DNA of 63,448 nt, counting the filler, from Saprolegnia diclina VS20 (taxonomy: Eukaryota), in the NCBI RefSeq assembly GCF_000281045.1. It is 7 parts of 4 records of this genome, joined end to end, with 100 filler letters (N's around TTAATTAATTAA, not from the genome) between each part and the next. Parts side by side here need not be neighbours in the genome. Positions count along the whole stretch, not along the records: positions 1 to 23,689 come from NW_008246212.1; positions 23,790 to 39,966 come from NW_008246212.1; 5 more parts are not named here. One strand, 5' to 3'. Shown piece by piece: positions 23,232-36,200 of this stretch (positions within the stretch are counted from its first letter, which is position 1; each line of letters begins with the position of its first letter). Under the pieces are notes generated by a model. It was not told where the DNA came from and did no database searches. It worked only from the letters and a program-made list of their open reading frames with translations. The position numbers and the translations under genes were made by a program.

Positions 23232-23733
23232 GAAGGCGCAACTCCAGCGTGAGTACGGACTCGAGAGGACAGAATGTTCAGAGTCTTAGAATGTAGCGAC
23301 AAGCGATCTCCTATCCTTTAAAAAAATGATCTCGGTACACCCTTTCCTGTGGGACAACCGGAGTTTAGGCCAAATTGGTCTCGGAGCAGTGCCACCAGCG
23401 GAGTGAGGCCGCGTACGTCGTGCACACGTTGGTGACGAGCGCGTATGGGACCTGCCGTCGTGTAGAGTTGGCGTTGCGCAGGCATTTCTGCAAATGTGTC
23501 CCGAGAGCGTCAATACTATACCTGATTCAGGCTTAATCATTTTCGTGGATGTCGCCTCGCCAGACGTTGAAACGGATATCACTGTGATTAGACAAGATCC
23601 GGTGGCAGCTGGCTGACTCGCTGCTTTTTTGTCAATGGAAACTCTCAGCCGCCGCATCACTGTATCCATGTGGCGCCTGAGTGCTCTCCNNNNNNNNNNN
23701 NNNNNNNNNNNNNNNNNNNNNNNNNNNNNNNNN

Positions 23734-23745
23734 TTAATTAATTAA
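23734..23745. other. Artificial contig linker TTAATTAATTAA inside N padding (also 40011, 42352, 45019, 47382, 61561)
   Basis: Identical 12-mer with stops in all six frames, flanked by ~44 N on each side, six times. Confidence 0.97.
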
Positions 23746-23957
23746 NNNNNNNNNNNNNNNNNNNNNNNNNNNNNNNNNNNNNNNNNNNNAAGCTCCGAGG
23801 CAAAATCGAGCTTGACAGCCGGCAAGTGAACCGCGTGGTTGCACGTTAACCCATTGCAGCACCGATGGCGTCATGCCATGACCGTCGTCCATCCTGGCGC
23901 TCTCCGATTCGTGGCGGATCTGGTCCGTTTCAAGATCCATTCCCTTCCGCTTCGAAA

Positions 23958-24868
23958 TCACCGCGAAATGAGCTTCCAAACACGTGTTTCTGCATCAAGA
24001 CGAGGTGCAGTTCCTTGGACGCGCGCGCTGTCCTTGCCCTTGAGCGTCGCAAACGTGGCGCTCACGCTAGTGTACACGTGGTCCAGGTCGAGCACGAGCT
24101 TGTTGGGTGCCGACGTCCACGTAGTCACGACCGCCTTGGCGCGCTCTACGGCCTCCGCGTTGCTTGGAATCGCGACATTGCCAGTAGCCCCACGACGCAC
24201 GAGGTTGTACGTCAGCACGAGACGGTGGCCTGACGTCAAGGGCGCCACGGCGTGGTGCACGTCGGCAAAGAAAGCACAATAATGCAGCGCGTCCGCGCTC
24301 GCGGGACCGTCCAAACCAAATCGCTTCGTCTGGCCTCGGTGCCGGACGTCCAAGTGACCGCCCGTGTGCTCCGCCGGAAGCTGGACGAGCAGCGTCCCAA
24401 ACATACCCGGCTCCTTCTCCGTGTCCTGGTGCTCGAGAAAAAAGTCGCCCGCCTCGTACAAGAGCAGCTTGTACAAGTGCGCGTCGACAGCGAACGAGAG
24501 ACCGAGCTTCTCGCACGCGTCAATGGCCAACTGGTTGACGGCGGCCGTCCACGCTGGCGACAAGTGCACTTTGTCGGCGGGCGCCTCGACACTGCGACGG
24601 ACGTTGGTGTCAATGACCGTGTCGTGACCACGGCCAAATGGCGAGATGCTGCAGGCGGCCTTGAGCGTCACGGCTTGCTCGGGGCACAGCGGAAAGGCAA
24701 TGCGGCCGACGCCGTCGACGCGCAGCAGCGAGGGTGGGAAGGCATCGGGGAGCTGGTCGCCGGTGGCGAAAGTGCCTTCGGTGACGACGCTGTCGAGGAT
24801 TGACCAGAGGAGCGTCTTGGTGTCTGCGTACTTATGCCGCTGGCGTGGTTGCTGGCGTTGTCCACCAT
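23958..24868 (-). pseudogene. 2OG-Fe(II) oxygenase (prolyl-4-hydroxylase-like family) with an apparent 5' frameshift and possibly truncated 3' end
   Basis: SPFGRGHDTVIDTNVRRS, LYKLLLYEAGDFFLEHQDTEK (HxD), MFGTLLVQLP..GG, FFADVHHAVAPLTSGHRLVLTYNL. The frame is open upstream to RHKYADTK, but the ATG at 24868 is one base out of frame. Confidence 0.75.
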
Positions 24869-25426
24869 TGTATCATCGTTCTGGACCGCATCTCCGCACT
24901 CGCGGCCCAATGCGACTATCACTGGTGTTTGTAGATATTGCTTACTGGCCACAGTGATGTCGGGGAGGTCGACGTGCTCGCAAAAGGTGGTCCTTGGCTC
25001 CAAGCAGTAAATGACGTTTGGAAGAATATTTGACGTGCCTCGACGAGGTGCCCAGAATTCAAGTAAGAGAACGAGACTACCTAGGGTGGTCCGCGTCGCT
25101 ATGCACCAACACCGTTACGACGAGCTTCTGCCGAGCGTGTCAAACGTCAGGCCCAAGCCAAAACTCGGGCCCGGTGGCTTTACTCGTACTGAGTGACATG
25201 GCTCTTTGTTTCGTCAAGTGGTCTGCGTCGTAACAGGTACGGTCAAGGTATCCTACCAACCCACGCGCGTTTTGAAAACTGTAAAAGCCAATTTGCTCCT
25301 TCGTCCCTCGTGAGCTCGCATCGCCCGTCACGAAGACTGCATCGAACGATCGCCACGAGCCAGTACAAGAAGACTCTGGTACGATTAGCAGGTAGGATAT
25401 GGAGTCGCCAGTAGCCAGACGTCGTT

Positions 25427-27931
25427 CTACGCACTCAGGAGGACCGCAGGTAGCATCTCAAACTGCCGCACGAGCCACGTGAGCTTAGCAGCGTCGCTTG
25501 CGCCAGGAAGCGCACTCCACTGGATCTGCGTTCCCTCCGAGACTACGAACGGAGCTACGCTCGGCGGCACACTGAGCGCCACGACAGAGCAGGCAATCGT
25601 GACCTTCGTTTCGACGACGATAGGTTCGAGCAGCCTAGTGTACGAGGTATAAAAGAACCGTGCAGGAGTAAATACAAATACACGTACAAGGAGCTGAGAA
25701 CCGTGTCGTCCGAAATCTTGCCTTCGCCGACGTAGGTACCGTCCCATGCCGGTGCTACGAGCAAGACAAGGCGGCGGCGGTCGTTCTCGAGTACGGCCTT
25801 CTTCATGCCAAGCGCCTTGGCATCGCGGTGCAGCGCAATCGTGACTTGTTGGCACACAACGGCTTCAATCCACGCCTTGAATGCATCGATGCCAAACACG
25901 TGCTGAACGACGTCACCGTGGCACTCGATGCGCGTGCCTCGCACAAGCACCTCTACGTCAACGTATACCACATGTCACACCAAACAATAATAGGATACCC
26001 GAGTAGTAGTCCTTGCCGATGCTGAGCTCCAGCGCAGCCAGTGTGGAGAGTTGCGGGCAGACCTTCCAGCGCAAGAGCGTGTAGATGCCGCGCGTCGAGT
26101 CGCAGCGCGGTTGACAGAGACCATCGTCGAGGACACGAACAGCGGCGTCCCCCATCGCTAGTGATGCCGCAAGACCATCGAGGTAGGTCTGGAGCTGTTT
26201 CTTGAGAAGGGCATGAGAGAGCACGTTGATGAGAGTCTGGAGCGCGCGAGGACGACCAGGCGTCGCCGACGGTGTGAAGAGTGCCGGACGCTTGGCTTGG
26301 TTGCACCGTACGTGAAATTTGCGGGTTTCTTGGAGCAGCAGCGTTGCCGCAAGGTGGCATAACGACGAAGGCGCTGGCGACGCCGATACGATGCTGTCAC
26401 TGGCGTCGACGAGACGGATAGTGAGCAGTTGGTGCTGGTCCATGCGCACTTGGATCTCATCGTCCTTGATCGACGACATGGAGATCGGTGCGGCTTTGGA
26501 CGCGCTGCGTGACGTCGTAACAGTCGGCGTGTAGTTTGGGAGGGGAAAAAGCGTCTCGACCCACTTGGCCGATGGCAAAAGGGCCTACACCATCAATTAT
26601 AGCATTTTCGAGAACGACAGGCAGACCACCTCTTGCATGAGAGTCTCAAAGGTTTCTTCGCAATAGACGGCGTGTTGGACCGCCACGAGCAGCGCTTGGT
26701 TGTGCTCTTCGAGCTTCGCGGCATCGTCGGCTGAATGTGTGAGCTCGTCGTACTCGGCGGTTTCCCTGAGTAGATATTGAGATGGCGATTGTGCATCAAA
26801 GCAAGGTGCACCAGGCTGAGACTGGTAAGGTAGGTAAGGTGTACGAGTCGAAGACCTCGGACGTTAGGGTCGAGCGCAACTCGAGCTACAGGGTTTGTTG
26901 GAGACGCCAAGAAAACATTGTCGTGCCGCAGACCTGAAGCGTGCGCTGAAGGTGAAACTCGGGCGTCGCGACCCGAACCAACCCAACGGCCGTGCGACTA
27001 AGCTACCGTGCACATGAGCTGGAGAAACCAACGTAATTTGGGAGACTACCTCGGCGTATGCCACATCGTTGATCGACATTGTCGGCGGAACGAATTTGGA
27101 GCCCGCTACGCATATCGTCGTCGTCGTCGTGTGTTCCAGGTAAGTATCCTACATGTGGCAAAACTGCAGTCGACGGCAAGGGGTTCGCCCGCGCGGAAGG
27201 GCTTGGGAATCGTGCCATGGATCGGCGCCGTGATATTCCATTTTCCGAGAAGCTACACAAGTCGAAATGAGGATATCGATGTCGGATGAGGATTACATTG
27301 CGGGTGCCCTTGAAGAAGAGTCGCTCCTTCTGCACCGACGTCTGCAGCGCCGTTGCACCCTTCGTGAGAATGCTCGCAGCGTCCGAGATTTGCGTCGCCT
27401 TCGACGTCAAGAGGTACGTCAAGTCCTCCTTCTTCGCCTTCAAGTGCGACTCCTCGCGCTGGCAAAACACCTCCTCGAGGTACTCGCGGCGCCGGAGAAG
27501 GTCGATCGTGTTGATGAGTTGGTGCAGCTCGACGGTTGCGGCCTGAAGCTCCGATACAATCGGACGGTAGTGCAAACGCGGGTCGATCACGTCGTCGTGG
27601 TGCGATGCTGCGTCATCGTCCTTGGTCGTGCTCGCGACAGAAGCTGTCTCGTCGTCTGCTGCGTCATCTGTCTTGCGCCTCTTTGCACTTCCGTTCGCCT
27701 CGGCGAGCTTGGCCTTGATGCGGCGGCGCTCCAAGTGCGCGATGACGTGTGCGTACGTCTGCGCATCCGTGAGCTCCCTACGTTGTTCGCATGAGCCGTG
27801 GATGACGCACATGGCATGGCCTACTCGACGAGTATCTCATCCCCGTTCTCTTGGATGCACTCGACGTTGGGGAACCCGAGGTCATCCGGGAAGAGTGCGA
27901 TCCCGCCTTGCCCGTCGTCCTCTTGCGCCAT
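25427..27931 (-). CDS. MED17: Mediator of RNA polymerase II transcription subunit 17-like, multi-exon
   Basis: N-terminal VECIQENGDEILV; ELQAATVELHQLINTIDLL; KATQISDAASILTKGATALQTSVQKERLFFKGTRNLLGKWNI matches the Med17/Srb4 N-terminal pattern. Downstream exons are approximate. Confidence 0.7.
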
Positions 27932-28898
27932 GAGTCCGGAAAAATCTCGAGCAATTGGTTTTACGGTCCAGCGCCCCACCCGAGCATTTAGAAAACTGTA
28001 GGACTAGACGCACGCAACTTTATCACCCGAAATGCCGACGTCAATCGCAAACGATGGCAAACGCAGCGCAGACCAAGTGGAGCCGTATGAGCTGTGGTTT
28101 GATTGTACCAGTGTATGTCCCGTACTTGGCCTGACCGCTGCGTTGGTTACGCTGCGGCCGCGAACAGCGCGTTGACAATCTCGCTAACCACACGCAACTC
28201 AATTCAACTTCCTACACCCCGGACACAGCTCCCGGACGCATGTGACGAGCAACCAGAACGAATACACTCCCGTGCGCGTCCTGGTCAGTTCAGTGAAATA
28301 CCGTGTTCGGCTTTTCCCGTCGCATTGGTCACGCACAACGGGCCACCAAAATACAGCATGATCTATTGGCCAAAAATATTTCGCGGAGACGCTTCATTGG
28401 CAATGCGAGCTCGATGTGCGATCATTTTAGCCAATACGAGGGTTGCTCTAAACGGCGCCGTCAAGCGCGAGTGCCCCCTGTCGCGCATGCAAAGAAGAAG
28501 GCTACTCGCCCGCGAACTGTAGGAGTTCGAGCAGCATTCACCACCGAGACGTATAATCCGACATGTTATGCTCCGAGAATATGTACAAGTCGCGGTAATA
28601 TGAGGGCAGTGGGTGATCGAACGCCCCAGTACTGGCACGCGCGCTGTCTCCTGCGTGGCACCCATACAAAGTCGAGTGTCGATGATGGTTGGAGCAAGTA
28701 CTGTGGGCCAGCGCACCAATGTCGTGCGTCTGGCTCGCAACTCTGATTCGAGTTCCAACATCAGCTTCGGGCGCCGTCATTGGACTTGTCTCGAGTGGCG
28801 ACCCCGTCTCGTCGCTCACCACCCGCACTGGCCAGGCCGCGCTGGCCTCATGCACCTACATGCTGCCACCACCACGCCAAGATTCTTCAACGTACATT

Positions 28899-28911
28899 TC
28901 ATTTTCCAATC
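28899..28911 (+). promoter_or_regulatory. Oomycete INR+FPR-like core promoter
   Basis: TCATTTTCCAATC about 30-40 nt upstream of the ATG at 28938. Confidence 0.5.
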
Positions 28912-28937
28912 GGCGATCAAGTACTACTACTGCTGTC

Positions 28938-29678
28938 ATGAGCTTCCCGACGCTGATCCTGCACACCAACAAGGCTGGCGTGCGCACACCGCGCCATTGC
29001 AGCTTTCCGCAGTGCGCCAAGGTGGCCAAGGCCCGCGGCTTTTGCATTGCGCACGGTGGCGGCAAGCAGTGCTCGGTCGAGAATTGCTCCACGAGCGCCG
29101 TGAGCCGCGGCCTTTGTGTCGCCCATGGCGGCGGCAAACGCTGCGCGTCCGAAGGCTGCGATAAGAGCGCGCAGACGGGTGGCCACTGCTGGATCCACGG
29201 CGGCGGCAAAAAGTGCAACATCGACGGTTGCGTCAAGCGGGCGCAGAGTGGCGGCTGCTGTATCGCCCACGGCGGTGGCAAGCGCTGCAGCGTCCTCGGG
29301 TGCCACAAGGTCGTCCAGTACTCGGGTCTTTGCGTTGGCCACGGCGGGTACCGCCAGTGCACCTCCGGTGCGTGCCATCGGCGGTCTCTCGCCAACGGTC
29401 GGTGCCGGCGCCATCGCGGCGCCAACTACTGCCAGCTTTGCAGTTGCAAGCTCAAGTCGGGTGATGGCCTTTTGTGCGAGGCTCATGCAACGTTGTCGCC
29501 GATTCAGGCTACGTCGCCGACATCTTCGTCCTCATCGGAGCCGCTTTCACCAATGCTGCAGTCGCCGACATCCGTGAGCATGCTCCAGTCACTTCTCGGA
29601 CGGACGTGCCTCGTCTCGGGCTGCCATCGCTTTGCCAAGATCCAAGATCAGTGCCTCCAGCACGCGACGAACGAGTAG
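28938..29678 (+). CDS. WRKY19-like C-x4-C...CxxHGGG zinc-finger repeat protein
   Basis: About six tandem units (CIAHGGGKQC, CVAHGGGKRC, CWIHGGGKKC, CIAHGGGKRC, CVGHGGY, CRRH) plus an isolated C-terminal finger; start MSFPTLIL. Confidence 0.88.
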   Translation: MSFPTLILHTNKAGVRTPRHCSFPQCAKVAKARGFCIAHGGGKQCSVENCSTSAVSRGLCVAHGGGKRCASEGCDKSAQTGGHCWIHGGGKKCNIDGCVKRAQSGGCCIAHGGGKRCSVLGCHKVVQYSGLCVGHGGYRQCTSGACHRRSLANGRCRRHRGANYCQLCSCKLKSGDGLLCEAHATLSPIQATSPTSSSSSEPLSPMLQSPTSVSMLQSLLGRTCLVSGCHRFAKIQDQCLQHATNE

Positions 29679-30285
29679 TTCCGCCTCTAGATAACATTAT
29701 ATTAACTATCGACAGCTATCTATCTTGTACACGCGGCGAGATGCCTTCGCCTTCGTCGCAAGAAGCGATGCAAAGCGATGAGTATAAAACGAGGCGGTGC
29801 GAATGCGCGAGGAACTCAGTCCAGTCACCAACGACCGTCCATCAAGCGAGTGTACTGTACGCAACGCTGTTTATATCTCGACACCGTCTTGCCAACCGGC
29901 AATGTCCCACTATGAGAGCCTCTGGAGCTTAAGGCGTAGTATAAATGCGACCATTACTACGGTACCAATGGCAGTTTAAGCTTCTTGTGGTGGTAGGCAC
30001 CTTCAGGTATATTTCCATCGGTGCCATCTTCCCATCGATTGCTGTGGTGTCGTATCCAGGTCCGTCGATCGTCCCGCTCTTCCTCGTGCGACGAGAAACT
30101 GGCGCCACAATCGTGCTACGCTGTGCAACAGGTGGGGCGTGTGGTCAGCAACGCTCGTCGGACCCACACCCATCGGCAGCTTCAGCCAACGGCAACTGCT
30201 GGCAAGCAACGGCATCGCCCAAACAAACAAGACGACTTCGGGATGCGCAAAAAGGAAAGTGTATGCAAGAAATATATCCGACTGC

Positions 30286-33200
30286 CTACACGACGCGGGA
30301 CTTGACCGACGTCGCCGCCGGCGACTCGAACGCGTGGTACGCGTCCTTGTCCTTGAAACTCGAGTTGCGTTGGGCGCGGGACCGCAGGAACGAGTGCGAC
30401 CGCGACGCACGCGTGTTGCGCTGGAGCTCGTCCTCCTCAGCCGCCTTGATCGCGGCTTGCTCCTTGGTCTTCTCGTGCTTAAGCTGGATCGCGCCACGCT
30501 GGTTGCTCGCAGCAAAGACGAAGAGCACAACCGTGGTGCCGATCGCAAGTGCTGCAAACGCAATTTGCGCCGTCATAAAGTTGGGCCGTACGAACGCAAG
30601 CGCCGTGTGCACGCCATAGTAGACGAGGAACGAGAGGAGCACAAAGCGGAGTTGGCAGCCACCGGGAAACACCTCAATCGCCACGAGCCACGTCGCTGTC
30701 GAGACCGAGTACGCGACGGTAAAGTAAAAGAGGAAGAGCACGACCGAGAGCAGCACCGGTGGGTCCTTGGCCTTGAGCGCGTCCTCTTCCGAAAAAAGCG
30801 AGTTTTGGAGCACGAGCGCCGCGACCGAGAGGAGACTCACAAGAGGCAGAACGTCCTTGAGCAGAGTTTTGCGACGGATCGCGTCGATCGTGAAGAAGCC
30901 CATGAGGCAGCCGAGCATCGACATGAGACCATAGTACCACTGCCACGGCGACGCGGGCGCACCGAGTGCGTTCTTTGTACCTTGGACGAGCACGCGAAGA
31001 AAGAGCGTGCCCGACGACACAAGCGCGTACATGACCTGCAACAAGATAACGAGAAGCGCGCGGAACGCGAGGTTGGGCGGGTCCTTCGGGTACATGGCGT
31101 CGTTAATGGCCTGAAGCTCGTCCAGGATATCGTGTTTTTGGCGGAGTCGGACGAGCGTCGCCTCGGCGCCCTTCTTGTTGCCGCGGCGCAGTAGCCACAC
31201 GGGACTTTGAGGGAGGAAAAAGCCCGCGAGGAGGACAAGCACCGAAGGAATCGCACCGTAGATGAACTGGAGGCGCCACATGTTGATTTTGTCTTCCTTC
31301 CAGCCGACGTCGAGGAGGTGGTAGTTCCACTGATACAGCAGAAGAGACTCGACGAAGTACCCGAGCGCACTCCCAAAGACAAAGACGACGACGGCCTTGC
31401 ACTTCCAGTCGCGCGTGCAAATCTCGTAGTTGTACAAGCAAATCGCAATGCTCGACATGGCAATCGCCGCGCCGAGGACCATGACGGCGACGACGACCAT
31501 CGACGACGTTGTCGTCACGGCCCACATAAGCCCGACGCCCACGAGAGTCAGCGCCGAAGAGAGCACAAACGTCGTGCGGCGCCCGACGGCGAAGCAGAGA
31601 CCGACGCCGAGGACGACACCCGCGAGGCAACCAATGCCGGCAAAGAGCGAGAGGTTCGTCTGAAAATCGCGCTTGGCCGCTTCTGACGCCCACTTGAAGC
31701 CCTCGTCGCCAATGAATTTGGCAAACGACTCGTTGAGCGCAATCCACTTGGTGTCGTTGACAAAACCAAGCGAGAAGAGCGCGCAGAGCAGCCAGCCGTG
31801 CGTGAAACCGCCAAAGATACCCGTAAACATCGAGATGGACGCTGCGTACTCGCCACCCGTGGACAAGGTCTTGGAGAAGCCTTCGTTGTACATCATGCGC
31901 GTCTGGATCGTGTGCATGAACGGAATTGCACTCAAAATCACAAGCGGGAGCAGCAGGAGCAGGCCCAGTAGCGAGTCGAAGAGGTACCCAAGCTCTTGGA
32001 CAAGGCCCCAGCGCGCGATCGGAAGGCCACAGAGCCCGTGGAGCACGAGGCAGTACTGCAGGAGCGCGTACAAGCCTGCATACATGGCGACAAAGAAGCT
32101 CAACGACTTCATGCCCGACCAGCTCGAGAGCGACCCGACGGCGACGACGCCACCAATCGTGACACCAAGGACGATTGCGAGGTACAAGAGGCCGCGCGGC
32201 CCACGGAGCTTGTTGCCAAAGAGGATGCGTGAGAAGGTGCCGCCGAGCCAGAGCGCGACAGCGACGCCGCCGATGGCTGCGAGGAGTAGAACGATCTTGC
32301 TGAGCTCAAACGAGTACGTAAAGATGTAGTAGACGACGAGGATGTGTCGGAACTCGCGCACGGCGTATGAGAGGCGACTCGTCCACGAGATGGGCTTGTA
32401 CAAGTCGGCCTCCGACTGCCACCACTTGGCCCATGAGTCCGACTTGGAGTCGTCGCCCGCGGACGTAGTGCCGAGCCAGTCGAACCAGTTGAGCACGTCC
32501 ATGCGGGTCTTCGTGAAGTCAAAGCCGTCCGTGTTGAATATGAAGGGCGCGAAGAACCAGCAAACAACGAGAAGCCACACAGCGAAAGACGCGACGCCGT
32601 AGCTCTGGCCCTTCTTGCCGTAAGAGTCGAGGTTGTTGATCGTGCTTGGCGGGTTGCCCTCGCACTCGGTTTTGTTCGCGCCGTCCGGACAGAATTCTTT
32701 GAGCGCGTTGAGACCAATGTTGAACGTGCCATACAAGCCAAAGAGCACCATGAGCGCCATGAGCTCGAGCGCCTTGCGGTAGTGCGAGGCCGCGTACTCC
32801 TTGAAAAAGTTGACAAATGTCTCACGCGTGATCGCAAAGCCTCGACCGGTACCGCGGTACTTGGAGCCGCCGCGCTGGATCGCCACGTCGAAAAAATGCG
32901 CCTTGGTGCCCGTCTCGAAAATGTAAAACACAGGACCGAGTGTGATGATGAGCTCGCAAAACTGAATGACCGCTTGCCGGAGACCCACTTCAACAACCAA
33001 GGTGGCCACGAGCGGGATCGTCATGAGCATGCCAAACTGGAAGATGAACTGCGTGTTCATGACCTGCGCGAGGTGGTCGAGGTCCGACGTGACGGGAATC
33101 ACGGCCTGCTCGATGTCCAGGTGCAAGGCCACGTAGAGCTTGCAGTACGCGTACACAAAGACGCACACGACCGTGAGGAAGTTGGCAATGTAAAAGCCCA

Positions 33201-36200
33201 TGTGCGAGTAGTACATGGCGTTGAGGCGGAAAAAATCCATGCCCGCGCCCATGCGGTGCGCCTCGCGCGACAGCGACGACTCGGCCGACCCGTTCGCGAG
33301 CTTGGCTTCAAAAGCGTTGATCTGCGAGAGCGTCACGTCACGGCCCTTCCCGCACTGCATGAACTCGATGTGCGTGACCTTGCCGCCGCGAAGCGCGCAC
33401 GAGTACCCCGCGAAGACGTCCTCCGACAAGTTGATGCCCTTCGAGGCCTTGGAGACACCGCCGTTGGTCATGATGTAGAGCTTGTCAAACACGTCGGGGT
33501 GGCCGTAGTGCATGCGCGTCTGGAGCGGGTTGGCCATGACGCGCTGCGTGAGCGAGACAAACACGAGCTCCTGGAGCGTCATAAAGCGCGCGAGCGACGA
33601 CGCCTTGGCCGTGAAGATGTACTCCTTCATGCCGATGATCTGCACGTTCTTGCCCGTCGCGAGAAAGTTGGGCATTTTGAGCGCTTCTTCAAAGTAGTGC
33701 TCCTGGTTCATATCGATTGTCTGGATGTACTCGCCGCGCGTGAACGGCAGCGCAATGTTCTGGTTCTCGGGCTTGCCTTCTCCGACGATCGGGTGGCCCG
33801 GGAGCTCGTAACGGTAGACTTCGACAATGTCGTCGCCGTCGGCCTTGACGAGAACGCACTCGTACGAGTCGCCGACTTGCTCCATGAACGAGACGCGCCA
33901 GTTGGGGTACTTGCGCATGAGAAGGTCGATGTCGGCCGCGCGCGGGTCGTTGGACGCACTCTGCGCTGCGTAAATCTGGCACGACGTGATGTAGCTGAAC
34001 TTCATGCCGACGATGTGGTCCATCTGCTCAATCTTCTCGTCGTGCGACATGCTCTGATCCGACCCAATCTCGAGCCAGCGCAAAATCTTGATCGCGTCTT
34101 CGTAAAGCATCATCCCATGGACCGTGCGCGCGAGGGTTTGGCCGCGCATCGACGCCCAGAGCCGCACCTGCGTCGGCGACGACACGAGCGCTTCTTCACG
34201 CGACGAGACTCCGAGGCGCTCGAGAAAGTTGCCCCACTCTTCCGGGTGCAGCGTGATGAGGTACTTGAGGATGCTCAAATCTTCGCGGCCAACCTTCTCC
34301 TTCTTAGCTTTGGCTTCCGCAGCCCGGAAAAGCGGGTTCACGACGACGCGGTCGTTGAGTTCCTCGAGCGAGTAGAGAACCGGCTCGTTGTAGTACGGCG
34401 TGACGACCGAGAACGAGTGCATGCTCTGAATCGCGTCCACTTGCGGAATGTACATGGCCAGCGAATTGAGGAAGAAGCTCATACGGCGTTGGGCCTCGGC
34501 GCAGCGCGGCAGAGCGTCCGCAATGTCGAGCGTCAGCAAAAAGTACAGCCGCGTGCACGCGCTCATCGCGCTCTCCGTGATGCTGACGTCGCTGCTGTCG
34601 TCGTCGGACGCGACTTCTTCGTCCACAAAGAGCGAAGAAAGCAGCGTCATCTGGTGCGTCATGTCGGATGTGAGCTGCGTAAACTTGCAGCCTGCGAGGC
34701 GCTGGCGCATCCAGTCGGACGGAAACACTTGCTGGAGCGTGCCAAAGACGTGCTGGACGCGCTCGACGACTATCGAAACGCGGTCCTGGAGCACTTGGCT
34801 CCCGACGCGGGCGTTCATCGGCAGCTCGTCCTCGGCGTCCGGCATATCGAGGAGACACGCCAGCAGATCAACCGTGTTTTCGCGGAGCTGTGGCACGTGC
34901 GTCAAATTCGCCGACCGCAACGTCTCGTCTGCGTTTGCAATCGCATGCTGAAGGCCGTCAATGATCGCAGCATCTTCGGGACCGAGCAGCTTGGTCAAGA
35001 TACGCACGCCCAAGTCCAGCGCGTTGATCGTGACGTTCACGAGGCCGTCTTTTGCCAAGTCTTTTTGAATCTTGGTGCGCGACGGGCTCTTGATGCCGCC
35101 AAGGATGTCGCACGCACGCGACGTCTTGCCCGCGAGCAGAAAGACCGGGTCGTCGACCTGGCCGGACGCCGAGATCTGGTACTGCAGGATCGCTGACTCA
35201 CGGTCGTCGATAAGGTCCGAGAGACGAAAGCTGCTGACGCACTCGTTCCATACGACCGAAAAGCGGAGCCGCGCTTGGACTTCTGGCGATGACGACCCCT
35301 CGGCGGTCGCAGCGAGCATGCCACGGGCGACACGCGAAACAACCTTTTGATCAAAGAGCGTAGGCGCACCCTGGAGCTTGGTCATGAATTGCGTCACGCG
35401 CGACGAGTGACCAATCTTCATGCGGAAGCCCATGAACATGCCGATGATGGCCTGGAAGATCGCGAGCCAAATCTGCGTGTCGTAGATGTACACGAGGAAC
35501 GTCGGTGCCCAGAGCGCCGCAATGAAGAGCAAGTTGTGGTCCGAGTTGAGCAGCGACGACTGCGACTCGACGTGCAGCGCGTAGAGCTCGATGCTCGGGT
35601 TCATGAGCGGCATGATCATGAGCTGGAGGTTGAACACAAACTTGAGGCCGAAGAGGAGGAGCCAAAAGAGGGCGTACTTGATAAAGTCACCGAACGGCTG
35701 ACCCATCTCGCGGCCAATGTACTGCGAACGCGTGCCCTGGAGAGCGCGAAGAAATGGGAGGTGCATACTACCGCAGCACATCGAAACGAGGGCGCCAAGA
35801 ACCACCGGGAGCGCGTAGACGCCAATGTAGATGGGCGCGGCGCTGAGATAGTCCTTCCCGAGCACCATATCCTTCTCGTTTGGCGAGCAGATCATGCAGC
35901 AGAAGAGCGCGAGGAAGAGCGAGTGCCAAAGCAGTCGCACGTACAAGGCGAGCGCGTACATCTTGTGGCTGTAGATGAGCGCGCCGTCAATCCAGACCTG
36001 GAGCACGACCTTGAGCGCGAGAAGACCGGCGACAGAGGCTGCGATCGAGTAGAATGCGTGGAGACGCAGGTTCGAGTAAACACTCGAGAAAAAGTCGTCG
36101 TAGATGTGGAAGCCCGACCCGTTACCGTTGTTGGTCTTGACGCCGACGTAAGCGATCGCAATTAGCACGTGGAGCATGACGAGGAGGAAGAAGAAGATGC

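Noticed and set aside
22366..23302. Long poly-X ORFs, and ORFs ending in LIN, across gaps
   Set aside because: Artefacts of N runs and the synthetic linker.
28990..29420. Regularly spaced GCCCACGGCGGCGGCAA-like repeats that could suggest a CRISPR array
   Set aside because: They are codons of CxxHGGG zinc-finger repeats with synonymous variation; eukaryotic context and no cas genes.
32782..35196. 804-aa plus-strand ORF and other long antisense ORFs (e.g. 30139-31194, 43164-44321, 47440-48618, 57712-58995)
   Set aside because: Antisense shadows of GC3-rich genes; no recognisable motifs.
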